Source: Candidatus Thorarchaeota archaeon (GTDB lineage Archaea > Asgardarchaeota > Thorarchaeia > Thorarchaeales > Thorarchaeaceae). From it: a stretch of 56,504 nucleotides of DNA. Within the stretch, counting starts at the first letter, position 1. Every line of letters starts with the position of its first letter. The notes under the pieces were generated by a model that ran no database searches, was not told where the DNA came from, and saw nothing but the letters and a program-made list of their open reading frames with translations. Made by a program: the position numbers and the translations under genes. The DNA lies in assembly GCA_048882385.1 (NCBI GenBank), contig JBHLRQ010000008.1:1-56504 (forward strand), read 5' to 3'. Below, one piece after another: positions 20,299 to 29,526 of this stretch.

Positions 20299-20778
20299 TC
20301 AATTCATTCCAAGTTCTCGTCGCTTATCATCCTCTACTTTTTCTAATTCTTCTTCTTTCATTTTATCTATTTCACGAGCCTTCTCTCTTTTTGCCTTATC
20401 AACCATCTTCTTTTTGTCATTGTCCAGCTCGCGATATCTTCTCTCCTTGGCTCTTTCTGCATCTCGAATTCGTTTTCTAAGAGCGTCTACTTCTTTCTGA
20501 AGCTTTGAGCGCGTCTTTTCTTTGCGTTTCTTTGCATCTCTATACTCCTTATCCGCACTTTTCCAATCTCGCTCTGCTTCTCGAAGTCTTCCTCGAAGTG
20601 TTTCGTATGCATCTAATCTTGACTTGGCCCTTGACCTGTAGCTCTCCACTTCCGCATCTAGACGAGCGTCTAACCCCTCAAGGTCCATTCGTGTTTTCTG
20701 AAGATTTGCCTCAAAAGTCTTGATATCTGTATCAATCTTCTGAACTTTTTTATCTTGTTGATACTCCGGATCCACCAT
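20299..20778 (-). CDS. highly charged coiled-coil hypothetical protein
   Basis: K/R/E/D-rich helical 159-aa ORF, co-oriented with the protease gene. Confidence 0.65.
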   Translation of the reverse strand: MVDPEYQQDKKVQKIDTDIKTFEANLQKTRMDLEGLDARLDAEVESYRSRAKSRLDAYETLRGRLREAERDWKSADKEYRDAKKRKEKTRSKLQKEVDALRKRIRDAERAKERRYRELDNDKKKMVDKAKREKAREIDKMKEEELEKVEDDKRRELGMN

Positions 20779-20830
20779 CGCAATCGAAGTATAAATGACA
20801 CAATGCTATTTCACTGTTATCAATGAAGAT

Positions 20831-21472
20831 TCAGAGATATTCTTCTGCGAATTGATTCATTATCGTTCTCTCAGCACGTCTTAGTCGTTCCTGAGCTGCG
20901 ACACGTTTTACTCCTAATTTCTCAGCAAGATGCTTTATCTCACATTTTCGAGGCATTTCATAGTAGCCTTGAAGAATTGCTTCTTTAATCGCTTCAAGTT
21001 GTTTGATTGTTAGCCCTAGACTAGGTATTCCTGTCTGCCCTCGGCGAATTCTCTTTAGATTCACTTTCTTGAAATTGGCTCGAAGAGAATCAAAGGCTTC
21101 TCTTAATGCTGACTGACTAGGTGCAAGTATATGATGGTACTGCTTGCCACCTTCAATTACAATCGGAAGTCTAGACATACATCCACTTTCAAGGATGGTT
21201 TCATGAATTGATTTTTTCTCAAGTTTGTGAATAACTTCTGTCCAATACAATTCTGGTGTTTTGTGTGTGACCTTAACTTCAATAATACTTGTTGACTTTT
21301 CAAGTTCCTTTACATACTTGTTGAGTGGTTTTTCATCGCCGGTCAGGCTCTGGATTATTCCGAATCCTTTGGGTCCATTGAGTGAGACTAGGTCCACTCT
21401 TACTGGAATTTTCAATGTGAGATCACAAGAATAGTACGCTTCAGCAGCAATTTCCACTCTCGCCTCTATCAT
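20831..21472 (-). CDS. HTH-10 (bacterio-opsin activator-like) transcriptional regulator
   Basis: C-terminal LTIKQLEAIKEAILQGYYEMPRKCEIKHLAEKLGV...ERLRRAE. Confidence 0.88.
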   Translation of the reverse strand: MIEARVEIAAEAYYSCDLTLKIPVRVDLVSLNGPKGFGIIQSLTGDEKPLNKYVKELEKSTSIIEVKVTHKTPELYWTEVIHKLEKKSIHETILESGCMSRLPIVIEGGKQYHHILAPSQSALREAFDSLRANFKKVNLKRIRRGQTGIPSLGLTIKQLEAIKEAILQGYYEMPRKCEIKHLAEKLGVKRVAAQERLRRAERTIMNQFAEEYL

Positions 21473-21482
21473 ATATAAACAC

Positions 21483-21496
21483 CCGTCTTAAGACGG
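21483..21496. promoter_or_regulatory. perfect 14-bp palindrome, candidate operator
   Basis: CCGTCTTAAGACGG in the 69-bp gap between the divergent HTH-10 regulator and EamA genes. Confidence 0.55.
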
Positions 21497-21541
21497 CATA
21501 ACATCTAACTATATCAATGTGTCGAGTAACCATGGTGATAA

Positions 21542-22501
21542 TTGATGACTGAGTTGGAGGCCATTGAACTCACTGATTCCAAGAGAACGAGTATCCTCGC
21601 GATTTTGCAAGCCCTATTTGTAACGGTGCTTTGGTCATCATCTTTTGTGATCATTAAATTTGGACTTGAGGAGATACCGCCTCTTACTTTTGCTGGTCTT
21701 CGGTACTCTATTGCTTCTATGACTCTATTATTTCTGATGATGTCACAACCTAAGATGCGGGCCGCAACAAAGAGCAGGTCAAGACGATGGTGGGGGATGT
21801 TAGTACTCTACGGTATTGTCTATATTACTGGAACCCAAGGCACTCAGTTTCTTGGGCTTTACTATCTCCCAGCAATAACGTTTTCACTTATACTGAACAT
21901 GACACCAATCATTGTAGTTCTAATGGCTATTCCATGGTTAGGGGAGAAACCCTCATTGATCGAATCAATTCTGATTTTACTAGGTATATTTGGAGTTCTT
22001 CTTTACTTCTATCCTCTCGACTTCATAGGCGTTTCAATAGTAGGTCTAATCGTTGCAGTCACGAGTCTGATGGCAAATTCATTCTCATCAATTATTGGCA
22101 GGGCAATCAATCGAACACGTGACACACCTGCACTCGTCGTCACTGGAATCATGATGTCTGTTGGGTCAATCTTCTTGATGGTGTTTGGATTATTGACAGA
22201 GCCAATAGCTCCTCTATCACTAACGTCGTGGTTCTATATTCTCTGGCTGGCGGTTTTAAACACAGCACTCGCTTTCACACTTTGGAATCGAGCTATGCAG
22301 TCTCTACGTGCTATAGATATGACATTGATCAATAGTACAATGATGCCTCAAATTGTGATACTTTCCGTATTCTTCCTAGGTGAATATCCAAATTACTTAG
22401 ATTGGATTGGGTTGATATTGCTAGCCATTTCAGTTGCAGCAGTACAAGTTATTCAAGCTTCTAAAACAAACAACAAAGTGAAAAAAAACAATGTCTCTTA
22501 A
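21542..22501 (+). CDS. EamA/DMT family transporter
   Basis: LWSSSFVIIKFGLEEIPPLTFAGLR; two EamA repeats; LGEKP and LGEYP. Confidence 0.9.
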   Translation: MMTELEAIELTDSKRTSILAILQALFVTVLWSSSFVIIKFGLEEIPPLTFAGLRYSIASMTLLFLMMSQPKMRAATKSRSRRWWGMLVLYGIVYITGTQGTQFLGLYYLPAITFSLILNMTPIIVVLMAIPWLGEKPSLIESILILLGIFGVLLYFYPLDFIGVSIVGLIVAVTSLMANSFSSIIGRAINRTRDTPALVVTGIMMSVGSIFLMVFGLLTEPIAPLSLTSWFYILWLAVLNTALAFTLWNRAMQSLRAIDMTLINSTMMPQIVILSVFFLGEYPNYLDWIGLILLAISVAAVQVIQASKTNNKVKKNNVS

Positions 22502-22731
22502 AAAAAGAAAGGGATACATCAAAGGTAGTTCACGAGGTTGTACTTGATTCTGAAGATATGGTTCCATTTAAACTCTAAATCAGTTTAGTCCACTCAAGGT
22601 GAAAATCCTATTGCTAGAAAGCAAGTCACTGCTTATTCTGTTTTATTATGAATTGACTAATGAAATTACATTATTAGAAAGTCTAATCAGTCTAGAAATC
22701 CTACGGCTTCCTTGTTGAAGGAGGACTGTTC

Positions 22732-23265
22732 TTGATGAGCTATGAAGAACTCCGCAAGTCTGATCTCTTCTCATTCTTCCACTTCTCTGAAAGTGGAAGA
22801 AAACCGATGAGTGGAGGTATTCAGGAAATTCATTTGAAACCAGGTGGGTTTCAAGAGTTCATCGATGTAAGAATGACAGTCGACAGAAGTCAGATAGTCC
22901 AACAAGGTGTATTATATCTGGACAGAGATTGGATTGGTGGTCCTATGACTATAAGTCCATTTGGTAAAGACCTTGCAAAGAGCTTCATCGCGGCTGTCAC
23001 TCCCCCTGCGGACCGAGAAAATGCGGAGAGAATAATTACTACGATTTGGAATCTACAGGGAGCAGGTGACAGGGTAATTCCTCTTCAACCTCAGAGTCCC
23101 AAGGAATTTGTTGCAGCACCTCCCATTGAAAAGTTAGAGAATGTCTATCTTGGTGTGGATAAGAAATTCGAGATGAGGCTAAAGAAGTCACACATTAGTA
23201 TTGAGAATGTGACGGACGTCGGCAGGATGCGTCTAAGAATCTCCATTGAATCTATCGAGGAGTAA
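22732..23265 (+). CDS. hypothetical protein
   Basis: 177-aa ORF with GGAGG SD upstream; no family recognised. Confidence 0.65.
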   Translation: MMSYEELRKSDLFSFFHFSESGRKPMSGGIQEIHLKPGGFQEFIDVRMTVDRSQIVQQGVLYLDRDWIGGPMTISPFGKDLAKSFIAAVTPPADRENAERIITTIWNLQGAGDRVIPLQPQSPKEFVAAPPIEKLENVYLGVDKKFEMRLKKSHISIENVTDVGRMRLRISIESIEE

Positions 23266-23553
23266 TTACTGCGATTCCCAAGCCATCATTATTGCAGTTG
23301 CTAAATCCTTAGAAGATGCTCCAATCAGGATTGCACCCGATTCTTCCATTATTCTTGTAATGGTTTTTTCAATCAATTTAGAATCCTTTAAGGATCCAAC
23401 AAGCGATTTCTCGATCGTCTGAATTGCATCTTCAGGGTGTAGGAAAAAGTCACCGTGTATTGTTATTTGTTGAATTCTATCTGAATCTACCCAAAGCTTG
23501 ACTTTGACGAGTTTCCCTTCAGGAACCTTATAGCTTGAAATTCGCATAGTCAT
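23266..23553 (-). CDS. lplB: lipoate-protein ligase small subunit (LplB, stand-alone accessory domain)
   Basis: YKVPEGKLVKV, ITIHGDFFLHPEDAIQTIEKSL; TAATG stop/start overlap with lplA. Confidence 0.85.
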   Translation of the reverse strand: MTMRISSYKVPEGKLVKVKLWVDSDRIQQITIHGDFFLHPEDAIQTIEKSLVGSLKDSKLIEKTITRIMEESGAILIGASSKDLATAIMMAWESQ

Positions 23554-24320
23554 TACCTCGAGAAGTTCCATTCGTCTGTTGCATACCTTTCTTTGGCAAG
23601 TCGCTTTGTTGATTTTAGTTCGCTCTCACTGAGTGAGTCGTGTATTAGTGTAATGTCTAATGCTTCAGAGAAACCAACCATGAGGGCTTTTCGCAATTCT
23701 TCTATCTTAACATCTCTTTCAAGGAGGTCTCTTATGGATGTGACTCTCTCCTTTACATCAGAAATCATCTTGTCTGATATTTTCTCCTGCGGTACTTTCA
23801 AGATATTGAACATCAGAGCTACATCTAAATCCAGTAATATTGTTCCATGTTGCAGAGCACAACCATGTCTACGTGTCATTGCATTCCCTGATACTTTCTT
23901 CCCACCAGCATTCACATCATTGATTGGTTTGAACTCTCCCTCTATACCAAGTATTTTCAGAGCTTGGACAATGCCTCCACAAAGAAGTCTGTAAGACTCC
24001 AAAATATCATCTGGTGACAATCTATGCCTCCTTGGCATGATGATGCTGTAGGTGATCTCGCCTTCATAATCATGATAGACCGCACCACCGCCTGTAATCC
24101 GGCGGATATAGTCAACATTATTCGACCTACAAAATTCGATATCAACTTCATCAGCCATACTCTGAAACGTACCTATAGAAACTGCAGAAGGATTCCATCG
24201 ATAGAGTCTGAGAGTCGGTTGAGCTTCTCCATCTTTCATTGCTAGCATAATGGATTCATCGATAGCCATGTTTGTATAGGCATCATGTGTTTCTAGGTCA
24301 ATGAATCGAAACTCGTCCAC
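23553..24320 (-). CDS. lplA: lipoate-protein ligase catalytic subunit
   Basis: NMAIDE, PTLRLYRW, RRITGGGAVYHD, KKVSGNA, QHGT. Confidence 0.92.
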   Translation of the reverse strand: MDEFRFIDLETHDAYTNMAIDESIMLAMKDGEAQPTLRLYRWNPSAVSIGTFQSMADEVDIEFCRSNNVDYIRRITGGGAVYHDYEGEITYSIIMPRRHRLSPDDILESYRLLCGGIVQALKILGIEGEFKPINDVNAGGKKVSGNAMTRRHGCALQHGTILLDLDVALMFNILKVPQEKISDKMISDVKERVTSIRDLLERDVKIEELRKALMVGFSEALDITLIHDSLSESELKSTKRLAKERYATDEWNFSR

Positions 24321-25310
24321 TTATGTCACCAGCTTAGTTTCTTCAATGGACCTTAAGATTTGATCCTCTGTCAAATGTTTTGGATAATTATACATAGGTC
24401 CACGCGGTCGTTCATTATAGAAGGGCCTGTTGCAGCCCTTGCAGCCTGTGACCTGAAACGCCTCTCCTGATGATAAGATTTGTCGAAGGCTGTCACTATC
24501 AATATCCAGCGATATCCTGCCGTCTTTGACCTCCCTTACTTGTTCTCTCTTCAACAAACCTCTTGAAACGAGGTATCTAACCGTCTGAATTCTTCTGTAT
24601 GCTGCTAAGTCCGGTGGTTTTTGATTTTCAAGGGATGTACCTTTGATATTGGTGAACGCAAAGAGACCCACACTGATGCCTATATCAAACATCTTCATTA
24701 TGAACTCTACTGCTTCAATCTCGGTTTCGCCTAGACCAACTATGAGATGAGTAGTGACATTTCCTTTTCCAAAAATCTTCAGAGCTTCCTTCAGTCCATT
24801 AATGTGACCGTCCCAACGATATGAGGAATTTCTTTTCTCACCCTTGATATCCTCGAAAAGCTCAGGAGTGCTTGCATCCATTGCTATCCCAATATTCGTA
24901 ATGCCACTTTCCTTGAGACGGACCATGTCAGCTCTTGTGACGGGATGGATGGCTACAGACAATGGTAATTTTGAAATTCTCCTTAGTTCACTTACAATCT
25001 GCACAACATCATCAACAACCTCTGGATAACAAATAGTCTGAAGACAGATTCGCCTAAACTGTCCTGGTGCTGGCCATTTTTTTATGACTTCTTCAATCCT
25101 ATATTCTGGCCATGATATTCGTGATAATCTATCAGATGATGATGTACTCTCTTGAGCCTGTGGACAAAATGCACAATTTGAATCACATTTGCCATGCCGA
25201 TGTGTCATAATGAATGCTGTTGTAAAGTTAGGGTCCTGCTGTCCAGTTTCTAGTCCCAACTGGATTGCTGTTCCAAGAGATAGACGGACCCTATCGACCA
25301 TTATTATCAA
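24321..25310 (-). CDS. lipS2: radical SAM protein, archaeal-type lipoyl synthase subunit (LipS2-like)
   Basis: CDSNCAFC (CX3CX2C), LSRISWP, THLIVGLGETE and C-terminal VTGCKGCNRPFYNERP, resembling the TxGCPxC(N/D)RP motif; abuts lplA. Confidence 0.75.
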   Translation of the reverse strand: MIIMVDRVRLSLGTAIQLGLETGQQDPNFTTAFIMTHRHGKCDSNCAFCPQAQESTSSSDRLSRISWPEYRIEEVIKKWPAPGQFRRICLQTICYPEVVDDVVQIVSELRRISKLPLSVAIHPVTRADMVRLKESGITNIGIAMDASTPELFEDIKGEKRNSSYRWDGHINGLKEALKIFGKGNVTTHLIVGLGETEIEAVEFIMKMFDIGISVGLFAFTNIKGTSLENQKPPDLAAYRRIQTVRYLVSRGLLKREQVREVKDGRISLDIDSDSLRQILSSGEAFQVTGCKGCNRPFYNERPRGPMYNYPKHLTEDQILRSIEETKLVT

Positions 25311-25322
25311 GCACCTTGAATG

Positions 25323-26294
25323 TTAGTTGGCTTTAACCGTGTTGTTCCTGCTAGTAATTCTAAGTTCACAGAGGTCTCCTTCGTTGAATATTTTGTTAAA
25401 CTGACCGTATCTCTTTGGGATTAGTATAAGTTGAGGTGTCTTTCTCTTTGTATAGTACCTGGAATAGATGAAGCATGAAAGACCTCGCAATTCAATATTA
25501 TCCAAGTACGACATAATTGACGGTCCGCGTGTGAATAGACTTGCACCTGATTTTGCTTCACGTACTATACCTGCACATGAATCACTGAGGTAGACTTGAT
25601 CATTCTTCTTGAGATCAGATGCACCAATCACTCCCCCGATCCTATAATGAGAGAGACCTCCATCAAGTATCCCCGAAATTCGTTCTTTCTTAGTTGCCGC
25701 AGAAAGCCCTACCAAATCACCAACTGTAGAATGGTCAAGACTTTCTGCATAGCCAATGATGTTGTCGTCAGTAACTGAACTGATCAAGAACTCAATCATC
25801 TCAGATGTTCTTCTAGATTTTCTAGATTCAATCTTATAATCAACGTATAGTGGATGTGAATTACTCGAACGAAGAAATGCGTTCTGCGGCAGTATTTCCA
25901 CGTGGTAGTGGGGTCCTGTCCAGTAGTTGAAGTATCTGGACCGAATAGCTGTTCCTATTTGGTCACCTAGACCGATAGATTCCCCTTCTAATACACTTGG
26001 TTTGCAATGCATTATGCGGACAATGTCACTTTCTGATTCCTCAGGAATGATTCCTATACCATAGTCAAACTCGTCAGTAGGAAACTGTCTGGGTTTTCCC
26101 ATTCTCATCTTTTTGATCCTGACAATTTTCCCTGAAACAGGAGAAACAATGTCTCCATTCCATTTTTGATGTCGTGGGTAGATATCAATCGCAGAACCAA
26201 TATCATGGCCAATGTATGGACTATTGAAATAAGAAAAGTAAGCATCTTCTGGAGCATGAATTCTGATTCCTACTGCAGACCCGATTATACGCAT
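25323..26294 (-). CDS. M23-peptidase-like putative zinc hydrolase
   Basis: FSYFNSPYIGH...AIDIYP, VSPVSGKIV, IMH, GDQIG, TGPHYHVEI (HxH). Confidence 0.6.
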   Translation of the reverse strand: MRIIGSAVGIRIHAPEDAYFSYFNSPYIGHDIGSAIDIYPRHQKWNGDIVSPVSGKIVRIKKMRMGKPRQFPTDEFDYGIGIIPEESESDIVRIMHCKPSVLEGESIGLGDQIGTAIRSRYFNYWTGPHYHVEILPQNAFLRSSNSHPLYVDYKIESRKSRRTSEMIEFLISSVTDDNIIGYAESLDHSTVGDLVGLSAATKKERISGILDGGLSHYRIGGVIGASDLKKNDQVYLSDSCAGIVREAKSGASLFTRGPSIMSYLDNIELRGLSCFIYSRYYTKRKTPQLILIPKRYGQFNKIFNEGDLCELRITSRNNTVKAN

Positions 26295-26320
26295 CAGCTT
26301 AACCTCTCAGGCATGGAGTG

Positions 26321-26345
26321 AGCATGCTCAACAACGGAGCATGCT
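26321..26345. promoter_or_regulatory. intercistronic inverted repeat made of two palindromic units
   Basis: AGCATGCTC-aacaacg-GAGCATGCT. Confidence 0.4.
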
Positions 26346-26355
26346 ACAATCTCAC

Positions 26356-27726
26356 TTATGCTTCTTTGGCTGCACTGTATATTGGAACCAGTTTCTGTTT
26401 CCATTCGTCTAGACCTTTCGGATCAGTGGGATATTCACTATACACTCTGCGTATGTCGTTCATCAATCCAGCTACTTTTGAAACACGAAGTAGTAGCGGA
26501 ATCTTGCCAAAACCAGCAACCAAACGTTTGAACTTCTCGCCCGCACCAAACTTGACCTCACCTGTCATGGATGTGTCAAGAAGATCACTAGCCTTTATGA
26601 TCTGCTTCTTGAATGCAAAATCAATGTCATCGTTAGTGATATTCAGCAGGAACCATCTAAAGACATCAAGAGCAGCTTGTTTTGATCCGTAGCTCTTATG
26701 ATAACGTGGATTATAATCCCAAAGAGACTTGATAGAAGTATCATTCCTTTCAAGCGCTTCCGAGGCTACAATACCTGCATGTGCTCCGCCCAACAGAGAT
26801 GAACCAATGCCACCACCGTGAATTGGATTGACTTGACATGCAGCATCCCCAACTAACATGAAGTTGTCGTCAACCATAGTATCGATTGGTCTTCTAATTG
26901 GTGCGACTCCTCCACTGCTATCAATAACCTTTAGTTCTCCCCATGTGTCCATCCAAGTCTTCTTCACAAAATCGTACTGGATGTCTTTTGGATTACGGTG
27001 TCCTTCGATGGTCATAACACCATTACCCACATTGACTCTGTTTTTGCCCTGTGGAAATACCCAAGTGTATCCTCCTAGGGTTTCTTCTTGATTCCAGAAG
27101 ATTTCGAGAATATCTGGAGTTTCAAAGTCAAAATCAGGAGTTTCATAGATATCACGCCATGCAACCATTCGGTCCTCACTAGCGATGTTTCGTTCCACTG
27201 GTGAGGATTCAGGAAGTTGCATTCGGAGCATTCCTGTTGCACCTGTGGCATCAACAACGATTCGCCCTCTGATATCTTTCTCTGGTCCTCGATCTTGCGA
27301 AAGCTTCACCCCAGCAACCTTTCCTTCGTCAAAGACTAGCCTCTTTACTCGAGTGGAAGCCATCACTTCTGCGCCTGCACTCTCTGCAAGTCCAACAAAC
27401 CATTGACCCATTTTGTGTCGATTGAACGACATTCCAGTCGTTGTAGGACCTTGCATTCTCAACCTGTGATCTCTGTCAGGAGCAATTAGATCAATCCCAT
27501 TCACCTCATATTCGACAATTCCTGCTGGGAGTTCAGGAATACCAACGAGCTCTCTAAGCTCTTCGATATGGTGATTGCCTAGAGCATCCCCACAAGTCTT
27601 GTGTCCAATTGTATCTCTATCCTTTCTATCAATGAGAAGTACTGTATGACCTCTCTTTGCTAGGGTGTAAGCTGTGGTTGCGCCTCCGGTACCAGCACCT
27701 GCTACTATAACATCGAAATCATCCAT
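26356..27726 (-). CDS. geranylgeranyl reductase-family FAD oxidoreductase
   Basis: GAGTGG, KTCGDA, DATG, GYTWVFP (YxWxFP), GDAACQVNPIHGGGI. Confidence 0.88.
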   Translation of the reverse strand: MDDFDVIVAGAGTGGATTAYTLAKRGHTVLLIDRKDRDTIGHKTCGDALGNHHIEELRELVGIPELPAGIVEYEVNGIDLIAPDRDHRLRMQGPTTTGMSFNRHKMGQWFVGLAESAGAEVMASTRVKRLVFDEGKVAGVKLSQDRGPEKDIRGRIVVDATGATGMLRMQLPESSPVERNIASEDRMVAWRDIYETPDFDFETPDILEIFWNQEETLGGYTWVFPQGKNRVNVGNGVMTIEGHRNPKDIQYDFVKKTWMDTWGELKVIDSSGGVAPIRRPIDTMVDDNFMLVGDAACQVNPIHGGGIGSSLLGGAHAGIVASEALERNDTSIKSLWDYNPRYHKSYGSKQAALDVFRWFLLNITNDDIDFAFKKQIIKASDLLDTSMTGEVKFGAGEKFKRLVAGFGKIPLLLRVSKVAGLMNDIRRVYSEYPTDPKGLDEWKQKLVPIYSAAKEA

Positions 27727-27729
27727 GAA

Positions 27730-28473
27730 TCATACCTTCTTTGACATTTTCCAAGTCTGTTCGAGAAAGCCTTCGAGTTGCATAGAAATCAGTGGATTGT
27801 CTGCCCAGCCACAAACACTCAAATCTGGCATGGATATTAGAGCCTCCTCTGAGTCAATCACTATGTCGATTGCTAGCGTATCTCCCTTAATACGCTGTTG
27901 GAAGTTAGGGATTTTGAACGAACTTTGAGTTCCGAGGATCGCCCTGATTTTCACGCCTTGAATTGCAGCGTCATCCAAAGTTGCTATGACGCTCTCTCCT
28001 AAATCTTCTATTTTTGGTGCTACGATTAGAATCGTGTTTTTAGCTCTAGAAATCATAGAGAGCATCTTTGACATAACATCATTGCTTCCTCTAATTGTGT
28101 AGATTAAAGCTGGAATCGTAGTGGTTGAAGTTCGAAACTCCTGGAGTTTCATCAGGTCATCGAACAGTTGCTTTAATTTTGATGTCAATGCTTCTTTGAG
28201 GTGTGAGAGAGGTGCAAACTGGTATACTTTGGGTCTTCCCTCTTGAAGAACAACATATCCCTTTCCGACCAATGCATCGAGTATCGAATACAGATTGGCA
28301 TGATGAATTCCTGTTTCGTCAGCCAGATCTGATACAGTCGCAGATTCTCTGGTATTTAGAGCTAAAATCACAGCAGTTTCATGAGCTCCGAAACCGAGCT
28401 CTCTAAGTGTAGCGCTTGCACGAAATGTGATTTCATCTGCGGTCTTCAAACTCGATAGGTTCATTTTTGTCAT
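27730..28473 (-). CDS. TrmB-family transcriptional regulator
   Basis: LRELGF..E, LYSILDALVGKGYV, GRPKVY, and C-terminal MISRAKNTILI sensor domain. Confidence 0.88.
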   Translation of the reverse strand: MTKMNLSSLKTADEITFRASATLRELGFGAHETAVILALNTRESATVSDLADETGIHHANLYSILDALVGKGYVVLQEGRPKVYQFAPLSHLKEALTSKLKQLFDDLMKLQEFRTSTTTIPALIYTIRGSNDVMSKMLSMISRAKNTILIVAPKIEDLGESVIATLDDAAIQGVKIRAILGTQSSFKIPNFQQRIKGDTLAIDIVIDSEEALISMPDLSVCGWADNPLISMQLEGFLEQTWKMSKKV

Positions 28474-28503
28474 AAAATTATGTGCAATTACTACTTAAAA
28501 TAG

Positions 28504-29430
28504 TTACGATAGACCAGCGAATCCGGTTAATATTTCCTTGACGATGTCTCTAGTAGCGATTGCGGTAATTCCTGTCGGGTCGATCATAGGATTAAACTCT
28601 ACAATATCTGCATAGCGAACCTTGCCTGTTTTGAATGTGGATCTGAGAAGGTCAACAAGATCTTGCATTGAAAGACCTCCAGATTCAGGATGGCTTACTC
28701 CTGGAGCAACTTGTGGCGAAAGAACATCAATATCAATTGTGACATAGAGAAATTCAACACGTCTTCCTATCTCTTTGACGCGTGTGTGAAATTGATCCTT
28801 CGTCAAAATTGGATTTGCATTCCCTGTCATCTCCTTTCGTTGTTCGGGAAGTGCAGAACGAAGGTCATAGGCTACAATATCCTCAGTCAGAACTAAACCG
28901 TCGTCAACCATCCTCCTCACACCTGTCGAGTGGGAAAGCTGATACCCTCCCATGTCAGAATAAAGATCTGCATGAGCGTCAAGATGAATCAAGCCATACC
29001 GGCTGGGACGTCCCCTTTTGAGACCTTTCAATATTGGATAGGAAATGAAATGGTCTCCTCCCAGAAAGAGAAGGCAACTGTTTCTCTTAGCAAGCTTGTT
29101 GCAGGCTTCAGAAATATCAATTGCAGCAGCTTCGGGAAGGCGCAGGACTACCTCCAAGTCCCCAACATCCTCAAGAGTCATCTTCTTTGTCAATGGCTCT
29201 TCTATCGCTTTTTTTCTTCTAAGAGAAAGAGGATAACTATGAGACCGTTCGCTATCTGTTGCTTGTCGAATTGCATCTGGTCCAAATCTGGGACCAGGCA
29301 TATAGCTAGAAGTCATGTCATATGGTATACCAATAATCCCAACATCAGGGTCTCCTGACTCAGGTTCTGGTATCCCAAAGAAAGTCCGAGGTAACCTTAG
29401 AAAACCATTGAGTTCATCCTTGAGAGGCAT
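28504..29430 (-). CDS. speB: agmatinase (ureohydrolase family)
   Basis: GIPYD, PRFGPDAIR, GGDH, DAHAD, DIDVL, PGVSHPESGG, DIVEFNP. Confidence 0.85.
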   Translation of the reverse strand: MPLKDELNGFLRLPRTFFGIPEPESGDPDVGIIGIPYDMTSSYMPGPRFGPDAIRQATDSERSHSYPLSLRRKKAIEEPLTKKMTLEDVGDLEVVLRLPEAAAIDISEACNKLAKRNSCLLFLGGDHFISYPILKGLKRGRPSRYGLIHLDAHADLYSDMGGYQLSHSTGVRRMVDDGLVLTEDIVAYDLRSALPEQRKEMTGNANPILTKDQFHTRVKEIGRRVEFLYVTIDIDVLSPQVAPGVSHPESGGLSMQDLVDLLRSTFKTGKVRYADIVEFNPMIDPTGITAIATRDIVKEILTGFAGLS

Positions 29431-29526
29431 GAATAAGACAGTTTTTTGGTTCAAGATAAAGATGATGTAGAAAAAGAAGAGAGAAGATCCATGTTGAGAA
29501 ATTCTCAACACGGATCAATTCTGATA

